Assembly: GCA_963762145.1 (NCBI GenBank)
Contig: CAVXJS010000021.1
Location: 224,001-288,000 of the forward strand
Direction of reading: 5' to 3'
DNA from: an uncultured Candidatus Rokubacteria bacterium
GTDB lineage: Bacteria > Methylomirabilota > Methylomirabilia > Rokubacteriales > CSP1-6
DNA length: 64,000 nucleotides
The position numbers and the translations under genes were made by a program. Positions 1 to 11,729 of the stretch are shown here, piece after piece. How positions within the stretch are numbered: the first letter of the stretch is position 1; every line of letters begins with the position of its first letter. Below the pieces are notes generated by a model that did no database searches, had not been told where the DNA came from, and worked only from the letters and a program-made list of their open reading frames with translations.

Positions 1-376
<376 letters not shown>

Positions 377-386
377 CCCTCGGGTG

Positions 387-1722
387 ATGTTCCACAAGAT
401 CCTCATCGCCAACCGGGGCGAGATCGCGCTCCGGATCATCCGGGCGTGCCGCGAGATGGGAATCCGGACCGTGATCGCCCACTCCACCGCCGACGCCGAC
501 TCCCTGCCCGTGCGCCTGGCCGACGAGTCCGTCTGCATCGGGCCGCCCGAGGCGCGCCTGAGCTACCTCAACATCCCGAGCATCATCTCGGCGGCCGCGA
601 TCACCGACAGCGAGGCGATCCACCCCGGCTACGGTCTGCTCGCCGAGAACTCCGCCTTCGCGGAGATCTGCCGCGCGTGCGGCATCACCTTCATCGGCCC
701 GTCGCCCGAAGCCATCCGCCTCATGGGCGACAAGGCCCAGGCCCGGGAGATGGCCAAGCATGCGGGCGCGCCGGTGGTCCCGGGCAGCGAGGGGCCGCTC
801 TCCGGCGTGGACGAGGCGCAGACCCTCGCGGACTCGATGGGGTACCCGGTCATCGTCAAGGCGGCGGCGGGCGGCGGCGGGCGCGGGATGCGCATCGTGC
901 GCGAGCGGGAAGCGCTGGCCCGCGCCTACACGACCTGCCAGGCGGAGGCGGGCGCCGCGTTCGGATCCTCCGAGCTCTACCTCGAGAAGTTCGTGGAGGA
1001 CGCCCGACACGTCGAGGTGCAGGTGCTCGGGGACAAGAACGGCATGCGCGCTGCACCTGGGCGAGCGCGACTGCTCCGTGCAGCGCCGGCATCAGAAGCT
1101 CCTCGAGGAGGGGCCCGCGCCCGCGCTGCCGCCGGAGACCCGGGCCGGCCTCCACAAGTCGGCGCTCGCGGTGTCGAACGCGGTCAACTACGTGTCGGCG
1201 GGCACGGTGGAGTTCCTGGTCGACCGGGAGGGACAGTTCTACTTCATCGAGATGAACACGCGCATCCAGGTCGAGCACCCGGTGACCGAGATGATCACCG
1301 GCATCGACATCGTCCGCGAGCAGATCCGAATCGCCTCCGGGGAAGCGCTCGGGTACAAGCAGAGCGCGGTGACCTTCAGCGGCCACGCCATCGAGTGCCG
1401 GATCAACGCGGAGGACCCCGAGCATTTCATCCCCTCCCCGGGCCGCATCACCGCCTGGATCGCCCCGGGCGGCCCCGGGGTCCGCGTGGACAGCCACATG
1501 ATGACCGGCTACACGGTGCCGCCCTACTACGACTCGCTCATCGCCAAGATCATCGTCCACGGCCGCGACCGCAACGAGGCGATCGCCCGGATGCAGCGGG
1601 CTCTCCACGAGACGGTGGTCGAGGGCGTCAAGACGACGATCCCCTACCACCTGAAGCTGCTGGCCGACCCGGCGTTCGTGGCGGGCGGATCAACGCTGGC
1701 CCGGCTCGAGCAGAACCTCTAG
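387..1722 (+). CDS. accC: Biotin carboxylase (one frameshift at ~1050, probably a sequencing error)
   Basis: [32 protein letters not shown] and RHVEVQ in ORF 384; [31 protein letters not shown] and [10 protein letters not shown] continue in ORF 760..1722. Confidence 0.95.
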
Positions 1723-1730
1723 GGCGCCGC

Positions 1731-2357
1731 GTGCGGCTGCCCTCGCCGCTGTACGCGATCCTCGACCGCTCGGTCTCCGGTGGCCGCGAGCTACCCGCCC
1801 TGCTGGATGCGGTCCTGGGAGGCGGCGGCCGGTTCGTCCAGCTTCGCGAGAAGACCCTGCCGCTCACCGAGCTCCTGCCGATGGCGCGACACTTCGCGCG
1901 ACGATGCCGGGAGGCCGGCGCGCTCTTCATCGTGAACGACCGAGCCGACCTCGCCCTGGCCGCGGGCGCCGACGGGCTCCACGTGGGACAGGACGATCTG
2001 CCGGCGCGCCGGGCCCGCCAGATCCTGCGGCCCGGAATGATCCTCGGGGTGTCGACCCACGACCCCGAGCAAGCGCGGCGCGCCGTCGCGGACGGCGCCG
2101 ACTACGTCGCGGTGGGCAGCATCTACCCGACCTCGACGAAGGCCGGGTTCCAGCTGGTCGGGGCGGACCTGATCCGCCGGGTGCGGCCGGACGTGCCGGT
2201 TCCGCTCGTGGGTATCGGCGGCATCACCGCCGACAACGCGAGGGCGGTGCTCGACGCGGGGGCGGACGCCGTGGCGGTGATCTCCGCCCTCTGCGCGGCG
2301 CCGGATCCCGAAGCCGCGACGAGGGCCTTGCTCGGGCGCATCGTCGCGGATCGGTAA
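1731..2357 (+). CDS. thiE: Thiamine-phosphate synthase
   Basis: GTG start; [47 protein letters not shown] motifs (3' part of ORF 384..2357). Confidence 0.92.
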   Translation: MRLPSPLYAILDRSVSGGRELPALLDAVLGGGGRFVQLREKTLPLTELLPMARHFARRCREAGALFIVNDRADLALAAGADGLHVGQDDLPARRARQILRPGMILGVSTHDPEQARRAVADGADYVAVGSIYPTSTKAGFQLVGADLIRRVRPDVPVPLVGIGGITADNARAVLDAGADAVAVISALCAAPDPEAATRALLGRIVADR

Positions 2358-2369
2358 GGCCTCTCGCGT

Positions 2370-4136
2370 ATGCGCCGGCTCGTCCCGCTCGCCGTCGCGG
2401 TCCTCACCGCGGTGCCCTTCCTCTCCACGCTGTCCGGCTCGTTCCTCAACTGGGACGACAACGTCAACTTCCTCGAGAATCCGGCGTATCGTGGGCTCGA
2501 CCTCGAGCATGTCCGCTGGGCCTTCACGAGCGTGGCCTTCGGCCATTACATCCCGCTGACCCGTCTCACCTGGAGCCTCAACTGGGTCCTGGGCGGGATG
2601 AACCCCTGGGGCTATCACCTGGTGAACGTGCTGCTGCACGCCGTCAACGCGGCCCTCTTCTACGTCGTGGCCCGGCGCCTGCTGGCTGCCGCGGTGGCCG
2701 ATGGCGCCCAGGCCGGACGGCACGGAGCCGACCTGTGCGTGGCCGCGGCGGTCGCCGCGCTGGTCTTTGGCGTTCATCCGCTGCGGGTCGAGCCGGTGGC
2801 CTGGATCACCGGCCGCCCCGACCTGCTCTGCGGCTCCTTCGTGCTGCTCACGACGTGGGCTTACCTCCGTGCGACCGAGAGCGGAGGGCCCGCCCACCGC
2901 GGCCTCATCGGGATCGCCTCCGTCACACTCGGGGCCGCGCTGCTCTCCAAGGGAGCCGCGCTGCCGTTCGTCGGGGCGCTCTTCATCCTCGATGTCTACC
3001 CTCTCCGCCGAGTCCGGCGGCTGGGCCTCCGCGCCCTGGTGCGGGAGAAGCTCCCGCTCCTGCTGGTGACGGTGGCGGGGGCGGGAGCCGTCATCTACGC
3101 GGTCCGGCAGGGCGCCGTCCTCACCCTCATCTCCGAGCACGGCGGCGGCGCCCGGATCTCCGCGGCGGCCCATACCTTTCTCGTCGCCCCGCTGAGGGTG
3201 ATCTGGCCGGCCGCCCTGTCCCCGCTCTACGAGATGCCGGCGCGGATCAGCCCGCTCGAGCCCAGATTCGCCCTGGCCCTGGCCGGCGTGATCGTGGTCA
3301 CCGTGGTGCTGATCGGGTTGCGCAGGCGCTGGCCCGGAGGCCTCGCGGCGTGGGCGTTCTCGATCCTCATGCTCGCCCCGACGAGCGCGGTGGTGAGGCA
3401 GGGTGTCGATCTGTCGCCCGACCGTTACACCTACCTCTCCGGCATGGGATTCGCCGTCCTCGTGGGGGGTGCGACCCTCGGCCTGATCCGGCTCGTTCGG
3501 CAAGGAACCCTGACCCGTTCCCTTGGATGGTCTGCCGCCTTCGCGGGCCTGATCGCGATCGGGGCCCTCGCGAGCGCCGCGTGGAGCTACAGCCTGGTCT
3601 GGGGGGAATCGGAGACGCTCTGGCGCTGGGCCATCGAGGTCAATCCCGACTGCGGCGTCTGCCACGGCAAGCTCGGCGAGAGCGCCCTCGGCGGGCCGGG
3701 GGGACAGGCGCGGACCACGGAGGCCGAGGCGCTGTTCCGCCACGCGATCGCCTTGCGGCCGGATCTCCCCGACGCGTACTACAACCTCGGAACGGCCCTG
3801 GTGCTCCAGGGGCGATATAAGGATGCAGAGGTACCGCTCCGTAGGTACATGGAGCGCGCGCCCTGGTCCCCGTCGGGACCGGAGCGCCTGGGCCTCGTGT
3901 ACCTCCTGCAGGGCGAGCATGAAGCGGCCGTCCCGCTCCTCCGGACTGCGTTCGCCCTGAAGCCGGGTGCCCCGGACCTGGGCCGCTATCTGATCCAGGC
4001 CCTCGAGGGCCAGGCCCGGGCGCTCGAGGCCCAGGGACGAGCCGGCGAAGCCGGGGCGCTCCTGGCGGAGGCGCGTGCTGTCATCTTGAAGCCGTCGAAG
4101 CCACCCGCCGCGTCCGGTCCATCGTCGCGCCCATGA
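2370..4136 (+). CDS. TMTC-like GT-C membrane glycosyltransferase with C-terminal TPRs (paralog 1)
   Basis: NWDD loop motif, GYHLVNVLLH, HPLRVEPVAWI, ALLSK, DRYTYL, WGESETLW, then TPR repeats (AYYNLG); many hydrophobic segments. Confidence 0.85.
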   Translation: MRRLVPLAVAVLTAVPFLSTLSGSFLNWDDNVNFLENPAYRGLDLEHVRWAFTSVAFGHYIPLTRLTWSLNWVLGGMNPWGYHLVNVLLHAVNAALFYVVARRLLAAAVADGAQAGRHGADLCVAAAVAALVFGVHPLRVEPVAWITGRPDLLCGSFVLLTTWAYLRATESGGPAHRGLIGIASVTLGAALLSKGAALPFVGALFILDVYPLRRVRRLGLRALVREKLPLLLVTVAGAGAVIYAVRQGAVLTLISEHGGGARISAAAHTFLVAPLRVIWPAALSPLYEMPARISPLEPRFALALAGVIVVTVVLIGLRRRWPGGLAAWAFSILMLAPTSAVVRQGVDLSPDRYTYLSGMGFAVLVGGATLGLIRLVRQGTLTRSLGWSAAFAGLIAIGALASAAWSYSLVWGESETLWRWAIEVNPDCGVCHGKLGESALGGPGGQARTTEAEALFRHAIALRPDLPDAYYNLGTALVLQGRYKDAEVPLRRYMERAPWSPSGPERLGLVYLLQGEHEAAVPLLRTAFALKPGAPDLGRYLIQALEGQARALEAQGRAGEAGALLAEARAVILKPSKPPAASGPSSRP

Positions 4137-6043
4137 GGTCCCCGAGAAGCCTCGGCCTGCTCGTGCCCGGGCTGATCTTCCTGCTCGTCGGCGCGGTGTT
4201 CCTTCCGGCGCTGAACGGAGAGTTTCTCAACTGGGACGACTCGGTCAACTTCGTGGCCAACCCCCACTACCGCGGTCTGGCCTGGCCGCAGATCAGGTGG
4301 ATGCTGGGGGCAACGCTCATGGGCCACTACATCCCGGTGACCTGGTTGAGCTTCGGGCTGAACTACACCCTGGGTGGAATGAATCCCTGGGGCTACCACC
4401 TCGGAAATCTCCTGGTCCACGCCACCAACGCCACACTCGTGTACCTCATCGCCCGCCGTCTTCTTGCGGCGGCGCACGGAGATGGTGCGCAGCGGGGGCA
4501 CACGGCGGGCCCGATCGTGGCCGCGGGGGCGTTCGCGGCCGTGGTATGGGGCGTTCACCCGCTGCGCGTCGAGTCCGTGGCGTGGATCACCGAGCGGCGA
4601 GACGTCCTCTGCGGGCTGTTCTTTCTGCTCACCATCCTCGCCTACCTGAAGAGCCTCGAGCGGGGCGGGCACCCCAGGCCGATCTGGCAGGTGGTGGCCT
4701 TGGTCGCGTTCGCGGCGGCCCTCCTGTCGAAGGCGGCGGCGATGCCCCTGCCTGCGGTCTTGCTCCTGCTGGATCTCTACCCACTCCGACGGAGGGGTGC
4801 CGGTTGGAAGCGGCTGGTCATCGAGAAGGTCCCGTACGCGGTCCTTGCCGGCGCGACCGCGGTGGTCGCTCTGATCGCCCTGCCCCGCGGCGCTGCCGTG
4901 ACGTCGTACGAATCGTACGGCATGGGCGCCCGGATCGGCATGGTCGCCTATAGCTTCATGTTCTATCCTTCAAAACTTATTTTGCCAGTTAGTCTTTCGC
5001 CGATGTACGAGCTGCCCGCCCGGGTCGAGCTCGGCAGCTGGCCCTTTCTTGCTGCGCTCGTGGGGGTCGTGGGGGTAACCGCGATCCTCCTCCTAATCCG
5101 GACCAGGTGGCCGGGAGGTCTCGCCGCATGGACGTACTCGGCACTGATGGTGCTCCCGGTCAGTGGCTTCGTCCATGCGGGCAGCCAGCTCGTCAACGAC
5201 CGCTACAGCTACCTCTCGAGCCTCGGCTTCACGGTCCTGGCCGGCGCCGGACTGCTCGCGGTGCTACGCCTCCGGGAGCGGGGCCGCGCGACGAGGACAA
5301 CCGTCTCGGTGCTGATGGCGGGCGCGGCGCTCGTCATCCTGGCCCTGGGCGTCGCGGCCTGGACGCAGACCTACGTCTGGCGGGATTCGGAGACGCTCTG
5401 GCGGTGGGCGGTCGAGATGGACCCGGCCTGCTCGCTCTGTCAAGGCAACCTGGGCTCCGCCATCACCACGGCGGCGCTGGGGCAGGCCCGCCTCGATGAG
5501 GCGGAAGGGCACCTGCGTCGGGCGATCGAGCTACGGCCCGACAACCCCATCCCCCACTTCAACCTCGGGACCCTTCTGTCGGTCCGGACGCGGTACGCCG
5601 AAGCGGAGGCGGCTCTCCGGCGCTACCTCGAGCTCCTGCCGGCCGCACGGGACGGCCTGGGGCGGCTCGGCCTGCTCTACTTGCTCCAGGGTCGTCTCGA
5701 GGATGCGGCCCCGCTCCTCCTACGCGCCCGGGGATTGCCGCCAGCAGGACCCGTGGGGCCGGGCGGCCCGGCCTCCATCACACTCGCGACGGCCATCAGC
5801 CTCGTGGAAGACGATCCGGGAACGCTCATCCTGCTGGGGCGGGCGCTGGTCGAACAGGGGAACCCCGGCGACGCGATCTTCGCACTGCGCCGTGCGGCCG
5901 TCCTGGATCCTTCGGCCGTGCCCGCCCACTTCTGGCTCGTTCTGGCCTACCGGGGCGCCGGGCGGGACGACCTGGCTCGCGAGCAGCTGGATCTCCTGCT
6001 CCGGATCGATCCGCGCGCGGCCGCCGGGGTCCCCGTTCGTTGA
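4133..6043 (+). CDS. TMTC-like GT-C glycosyltransferase + TPRs (paralog 2)
   Basis: NWDD, GHYIP, HPLRVESVAWITERRD, LLSK, DRYSY, WRDSETLW, TPRs; ATGA overlap with paralog 1. Confidence 0.85.
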   Translation: MRSPRSLGLLVPGLIFLLVGAVFLPALNGEFLNWDDSVNFVANPHYRGLAWPQIRWMLGATLMGHYIPVTWLSFGLNYTLGGMNPWGYHLGNLLVHATNATLVYLIARRLLAAAHGDGAQRGHTAGPIVAAGAFAAVVWGVHPLRVESVAWITERRDVLCGLFFLLTILAYLKSLERGGHPRPIWQVVALVAFAAALLSKAAAMPLPAVLLLLDLYPLRRRGAGWKRLVIEKVPYAVLAGATAVVALIALPRGAAVTSYESYGMGARIGMVAYSFMFYPSKLILPVSLSPMYELPARVELGSWPFLAALVGVVGVTAILLLIRTRWPGGLAAWTYSALMVLPVSGFVHAGSQLVNDRYSYLSSLGFTVLAGAGLLAVLRLRERGRATRTTVSVLMAGAALVILALGVAAWTQTYVWRDSETLWRWAVEMDPACSLCQGNLGSAITTAALGQARLDEAEGHLRRAIELRPDNPIPHFNLGTLLSVRTRYAEAEAALRRYLELLPAARDGLGRLGLLYLLQGRLEDAAPLLLRARGLPPAGPVGPGGPASITLATAISLVEDDPGTLILLGRALVEQGNPGDAIFALRRAAVLDPSAVPAHFWLVLAYRGAGRDDLAREQLDLLLRIDPRAAAGVPVR

Positions 6044-6067
6044 CGAACGTCCAGAAATCGCTATAAT
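6040..6067 (+). promoter_or_regulatory. sigma70-type promoter of the liv operon
   Basis: TTGACG (6040-6045), 16-nt spacer, TATAAT (6062-6067); AGGAGG RBS before ATG 6117. Confidence 0.75.
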
Positions 6068-6116
6068 AGCCGCGCTTGAACCCACCCGTTTTCGTCAGGT
6101 CAAGGAGGAAGAGCCG

Positions 6117-7310
6117 ATGAGATTTGCACGACTTCGCCTCGTCATCGCCGTCATCGCCGCTTTGGCGTTGGTCCTGCCGGTGGCCTCCATCACCGACGCG
6201 CAGTCCAAGGGGACCATCAAGATCGCCTCCCAGAGCCCGCTGTCGGGTGGCCAGGCCGTGCTCGGCGAAGGCATCAAGCTGGGCGCCCAGCTCGCGGTCG
6301 AGAAGCTGAAGGGCAACCTCGAGAAGATGGGCTACAAGGTCGACTTCGTGCCGTTCGACGACCAGGCCAAGCCGGACGTCGGCGTGGCCAACGCGAAGAA
6401 CATCATTGCGGACAAGGACATCATGGTGGTCATCGGCCACCTGAACTCGGGGGTCGCGATCCCGTCGTCCGAGGTCTACAAGGAAGTCACGCTGGCCATG
6501 ATCTCCCCGGCCAACACCAACCCGGTGGTCACCGATCGCAACTACGTCAACGTGAACCGGGTGTGCGGACGTGACGACGTCCAGGGCGTGGTGGGCTCCG
6601 AGTTCGCCCACGGGACCATGAAGGTCAAGAGCGCCTATATCGTGCACGACAAGACCCAGTACGGGCAGAGCATCGCCGAGTTCTTCAAGGCGGACGCCGA
6701 GAAGAAGGGGATCAAGGTCGTGGGCTTCGAGGGCACCGAGGAGAAGTCGAACTTCGATCCGCTCCTCACCCCGATCAAGGCCAAGAACCCCGACATCATC
6801 TACTTCGGCGGGATCTACGACCAGGGGGCGCCCTTCTTCAAGCAGGCGCGCGAGAAGGGGATCAAGTCCAAGTTCATGGGCCCCGACGGCATGGACTCCT
6901 CGGACCTGACCAAGATCGCGGGCAAGGCGGTGGTGGGGATGAACTACACCTCCGCGGCCGGTCCGGCTTCCGCGCTGCCCAAGGCGAAGGCCTTCGTGGA
7001 CGACTACAAGAAGAAGTTCAGCAAGAACCCCGAGCCCTACGCGGCCGAGGCCTACGACGCGACCACGATCGCGATCAAGGCGCTGGAAGAGGCGGCGAAG
7101 AGCGGCAAGGTCACGCGTGAGGACGTCTCCGCCGCGATCCGCAAGGTCAAGCTCTCCGGGATCACCGGCGACATCGCCTTCGACAGCAAGGGCGATCGGC
7201 AGAAGGCCCAGTACTTCGTGCTGACCGTCGCGAGCGACAATCCCGACAAGTGGGGGGACAACAAGATCGTCAAGCAGCTCACGATCGCACCTCCCGCGGT
7301 CAAGAAGTAG
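6117..7310 (+). CDS. livK: Branched-chain amino acid ABC transporter substrate-binding protein
   Basis: Signal peptide, SPLSG, DDQAKP, VIGHLNSG, RVCGRDD, HDKTQYG; ATG 6117 after a strong RBS (ORF 5496 is an upstream extension). Confidence 0.9.
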   Translation: MRFARLRLVIAVIAALALVLPVASITDAQSKGTIKIASQSPLSGGQAVLGEGIKLGAQLAVEKLKGNLEKMGYKVDFVPFDDQAKPDVGVANAKNIIADKDIMVVIGHLNSGVAIPSSEVYKEVTLAMISPANTNPVVTDRNYVNVNRVCGRDDVQGVVGSEFAHGTMKVKSAYIVHDKTQYGQSIAEFFKADAEKKGIKVVGFEGTEEKSNFDPLLTPIKAKNPDIIYFGGIYDQGAPFFKQAREKGIKSKFMGPDGMDSSDLTKIAGKAVVGMNYTSAAGPASALPKAKAFVDDYKKKFSKNPEPYAAEAYDATTIAIKALEEAAKSGKVTREDVSAAIRKVKLSGITGDIAFDSKGDRQKAQYFVLTVASDNPDKWGDNKIVKQLTIAPPAVKK

Positions 7311-7324
7311 CGCGGCCATCCGCC

Positions 7325-7354
7325 GGAGGGGCGCCCGGATCCGGGCGCCCCTCC
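7325..7354. repeat. Perfect 30-bp palindrome between livK and livH (stem-loop; mRNA stabiliser or attenuator)
   Basis: GGAGGGGCGCCCGGA|TCCGGGCGCCCCTCC is its own reverse complement; no U-tract follows. Confidence 0.8.
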
Positions 7355-7383
7355 CACTGCTCCCGCCTTCCCGTTGACTGCCG

Positions 7384-8355
7384 ATGGACTTTGAGCTCCT
7401 GATCGGCATCTTCCCGCAGGTCCTCATCGACGGCCTCACTCTGGGCTTCATGTACGCCCTGATCGCGCTCGGCTACACCATGGTCTACGGCGTGCTCGAG
7501 TTCATCAACTTCGCCCACTCCGAGATCTTCATCATCGGGGCCTTCGTGGGGGTGGAGATCCTGTTGTCGTTCAAGTCGGCGGGCTGGCTGGACGTGCTGC
7601 CCTGGGTCCTCGTGCTGTTCCTGGTGCTGGTCGCGGGCATGGCGGTGAGCGGCGCCGTCGCGGTGGTGATCGAGCGGACCGCCTACCGGCCTCTGCGCAG
7701 CGCGCCGCGGCTCATTCCCCTGATCTCGGCGATCGGCGTCTCCTTCTTCCTCCAGGACGCGATCCGGCTCTTCGAATCGCTCTGGCGCAACTCCTTCAAC
7801 CTCGTGTACCCGACCATGGATGTGCTCAATCACCGCTTCGAGCTGACCGAGACGATCGACGTCTCCGTCAAATCGCTCGTGGTGATCGTGGCCGCGCTGC
7901 TCATGCTCTGGAGCCTGCACACCCTCGTCAACCGCACCAAGGTCGGGAAGGCGATCCGCGCGGTGGCGGAGGACCAGGCGGCCGCCTCGCTCATGGGCAT
8001 CAACGTGAACCGGATCATCTCGCTGACCTTCCTGATCGGCGGGGCCATGGGCGGGGGCGCCGGCGTGCTCTTCGGCGTGCAGTACAGCCTGATCAACCCC
8101 TACACCGGCTTCATCCCGGGACTGAAAGCCTTCACCGCCGCGGTGCTGGGCGGCATCGGCAATATTCCCGGCGCCATGCTGGGCGGTCTCGTCCTCGGGC
8201 TGCTCGAGGCCTTCGCAGCGTCCTACCTGTCGCTGCTGACCGGCGGTGCCTTCGGGGCGGAGTACAAGGACATCTTCGCGTTCTCGATCCTGATCCTGAT
8301 CCTCATATTCCGTCCGAAGGGTCTCCTCGGCGAAGTGGTGCGGGAGCGGGCATGA
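7384..8355 (+). CDS. livH: Branched-chain amino acid ABC permease
   Basis: YALIALGYTMVYGVLEFINFAH, RAVAED...LMGIN, GLKAFTAAVLGGIG, FRPKGLLG. Confidence 0.93.
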   Translation: MDFELLIGIFPQVLIDGLTLGFMYALIALGYTMVYGVLEFINFAHSEIFIIGAFVGVEILLSFKSAGWLDVLPWVLVLFLVLVAGMAVSGAVAVVIERTAYRPLRSAPRLIPLISAIGVSFFLQDAIRLFESLWRNSFNLVYPTMDVLNHRFELTETIDVSVKSLVVIVAALLMLWSLHTLVNRTKVGKAIRAVAEDQAAASLMGINVNRIISLTFLIGGAMGGGAGVLFGVQYSLINPYTGFIPGLKAFTAAVLGGIGNIPGAMLGGLVLGLLEAFAASYLSLLTGGAFGAEYKDIFAFSILILILIFRPKGLLGEVVRERA

Positions 8356-8369
8356 TCAAGAAGACGCGA

Positions 8370-8427
8370 CAGCTCCCCATAGAGGGCACGCGCCAGCGTG
8401 CCCGTTTCCAAGAAGAAGAGGGGGCTG
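8370..8427. repeat. Nested inverted-repeat (REP/MITE-like) element in the livH-livM spacer
   Basis: Inner hairpin GGGCACGC-GCCA-GCGTGCCC enclosed by CAGCTCCC...GGGGGCTG; spacer is A-rich relative to the flanking genes. Confidence 0.5.
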
Positions 8428-8480
8428 CCCAACCACCAACCCAGTCCGCCAACACGTTACAAACCCGCAAGGAGAACCGG

Positions 8481-9740
8481 ATGAAGGACCTGAACCGTCC
8501 ACTCCCCGCGAGCATCCTGGTGACCGCCCTGCTCGCGGCCACGACCTGGGGCGTGCTCTAAGCCCCCGTGCGGTGTCGGTCTTCCTGCTGTTCCAGGGCA
8601 CGCTCCTGCTCCTCTACCTGGCCCGCATGCCCGCCCTCGTCAAGGGCGCCCTCACCGTCATCACCCTGGGTGGGTTGATGCCGTGGTCGGTACGGTCAAC
8701 GCGTACTACATGGAGATCGCCATCCAGGTCGGCATCTTCGTGGCGCTCGCGCTCGGGCCTCAACATCGTGGTGGGGCTGGCGGGCCTGCTCGACCTGGGC
8801 TACGTGGCCTTCTTCGCGGTGGGCGCCTATTCCTGGGCGATCTTCGGGTCGCCGCAGGCGAACCTGATCTTCGGCGGCGACTACTTCCCGCTGAACCCGT
8901 GGTGGTTCTTCGTGTTCCTGTTCGTCGGGGTCGGCGGTGGCCGCCGGCGCGGGCATCCTGCTCGGCCTGCCGGTGCTGCGCCTGCACGGCGACTACCTGG
9001 CCCTGGTGACGCTCGGCTTCGGCGAGGTGATCCGCGTGCTCGCCAACAATCTCGACAAGCCGATCAACCTCACCAACGGCCCCAAGGGCATCACCCCCAT
9101 CGGCCGGCCGCCCATCTTCTTCGCCGCGCCCCTCGAGGCGATCGGCATCGATCCCAACCCCAACGTGATCTACCCGCTCTACCTGTACGCGCTGGTGCTC
9201 CTCATCGTGGGCGCCACCGTGCTCGCGAATCGCCGCCTGGAGGACTCGCACATCGGGCGCGCGTGGGAGGCGATCCGCGAGGACCAGACCGCGGCCCAGG
9301 CGATGGGCGTTCCCCTCGTGCGCATGAAGCTGCTCGCCTTCGCCTGCGGCGCCTCCTTCGCGGGCACCGTCGGGGTGCTCTTCTCGGCCAAGCAGATCTT
9401 CATCAACCCCGAGTCCTTCACGTTCATGGAGTCCATCGGCGTGCTCGCCATGATCATCCTGGGCGGCATGGGCTCGATTCCCGGCGCGATCCTTGGCGCC
9501 GCGGTGGTGACCATCCTGAACCTGCAGGTGCTCAAGGGCCTCTCGCTCTGGCTCAACGAGCTGCGGAACGCGGGGACCGTCATCTTCGGCTACGATCTCG
9601 TCAACCTGCCGACCCAGCTCGAGCCGGCCAAGTACGAGCGGATGGTCTTCGGCCTCATCCTCGTGCTCATGATGATCTTCCGCCCCCAGGGCATCCTGCC
9701 CGCGAAGCGCCGGCACCGGGAGCTCGCCGAGAAGCCCTGA
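8481..9740 (+). CDS. livM: Branched-chain amino acid ABC permease (several indels and an apparent stop between ~8560 and ~8940)
   Basis: GGAG RBS + ATG 8481; fragments GLNIVVGLAGLLDLGYVAFFAVGAY, LRLHGDYLALVTLGFGE, GRAWEAIRED, FRPQG spread over ORFs 8352, 8573, 8683 and 8937. Confidence 0.85.
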
Positions 9741-10538
9741 TGCCTCTGCTCGAGGCCCGGGCGGTGAGCAAGCACTTCGGCGGGTTGACGGCGCTGAACA
9801 CGGTGGACTTCACGCTCGAGGAAGGTCACATCGCCTCGATCATCGGGCCCAACGGGGCGGGCAAGACCACCTTCTTCAACGTCTTCACCGGGATCTACGT
9901 GCCGGAGGAAGGCGTCGTGACCTTCCGGGGCACGCCGGTGCTGGGCCGGCGCCCCGACCAGATCACCGCGCTGGGCATCTGCCGCACCTTCCAGAACATC
10001 CGCCTCTTCCCCCGGATGACCGCCATCGAGAACGTGCTGGTGGGCATGCACAGCCGCGTCCCGCTGACCTTCTGGGACGTCGTCAGCCGGAACCAGCGCT
10101 GGCGGGACCAGGAGCGGCGGCAGTGGGAGCACGGCGCCGAGCTCCTCGAGGTGGCGGGGCTCCGGGACAAGGCCAACGAGCTCGCGCGCAATCTCCCCTA
10201 CGGTGACCAGCGGCGGCTCGAGCTGGCGCGCGCGCTCGCCTCCGATCCGGCGCTGCTGCTGCTCGACGAGCCCACCGCGGGCATGACCCAGGGCGAGGCC
10301 CGCAGTCTCATGGCGCTCCTGCGCCGGCTGGTGGAGCAGCGCAAGCTCACCTTGCTCCTCATCGAGCACAACATGCGGGTGGTGATGGAGGTCTCCGACC
10401 GCGTCACCGTGCTCGACTACGGCGAGAAGATCGCGGAGGGCCGGCCCGGCGACGTCCAGCGGGATCCTCGAGTGATCGAAGCGTACCTCGGGCGCCGGCG
10501 GTGGACTCCGGGCGCGAACGCGGCGAGCGGCGAGCGCC

Positions 10539-10546
<8 letters not shown>
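9740..10546 (+). CDS. livG: Branched-chain amino acid ABC ATP-binding protein
   Basis: MPLLEARAVSKHFGGL, Walker A GPNGAGKT, RTFQNIRLF, LPYGDQRRLE, LLLDEP, IEHNM. Confidence 0.93.
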
Positions 10547-11243
<697 letters not shown>

Positions 11244-11255
11244 GCGCCGGGAACG

Positions 11256-11729
11256 ATGGAGAGGAGCGACAGCATGAAGAGTGCGGGACTGACCTACGAG
11301 GAGCACGCGGTGGGAGCCGTGTACCGGACGCTCGGCCGCACCGTGTCGGAGGCCGACATCTGCGCGTTCGTCAACCTGTGCGGCTTCAACGAGCCGCTCT
11401 TCATGGACATGGAATTCGTCGCGAAGGAGTCGGTCTTCAAGGGCCGGGCCGCGCCGGGCGCGATGACCTTCTGCCTCTCGGAAGGCCTCATCATGCAGAC
11501 CGGGCTGATCCACGGCACCGGGATGTCATACCTCGGCAGCGAGATCCGCATCGTGGCGCCGGTGCTGGAGGGCGACACGCTTCGCGTGAGCGTCACGATC
11601 ACGGACAAGCGCGAGACCAAGAAGGCCGATCGCGGCATCGTGACCTACCGCCACGAGGTCACCAACCAGCGCGGAGAGGTCGTCCTGGAAGCGACCGTGA
11701 AGCGGATGATCAAGCGCAAGTCCGCCTGA
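11256..11729 (+). CDS. MaoC/hot-dog family dehydratase
   Basis: RTVSEADI..F, PLFMD..F, APG, PVLEGDTL, VTNQRGEVV (alternative ATG at 11274). Confidence 0.85.
   Translation: MERSDSMKSAGLTYEEHAVGAVYRTLGRTVSEADICAFVNLCGFNEPLFMDMEFVAKESVFKGRAAPGAMTFCLSEGLIMQTGLIHGTGMSYLGSEIRIVAPVLEGDTLRVSVTITDKRETKKADRGIVTYRHEVTNQRGEVVLEATVKRMIKRKSA

Noticed and set aside
384-2357. Apparent AccC-ThiE fusion ORF (657 aa)
   Set aside because: Caused by an indel at ~1050; the middle is out-of-frame sequence and the real AccC C-terminus ends at 1722 in another frame
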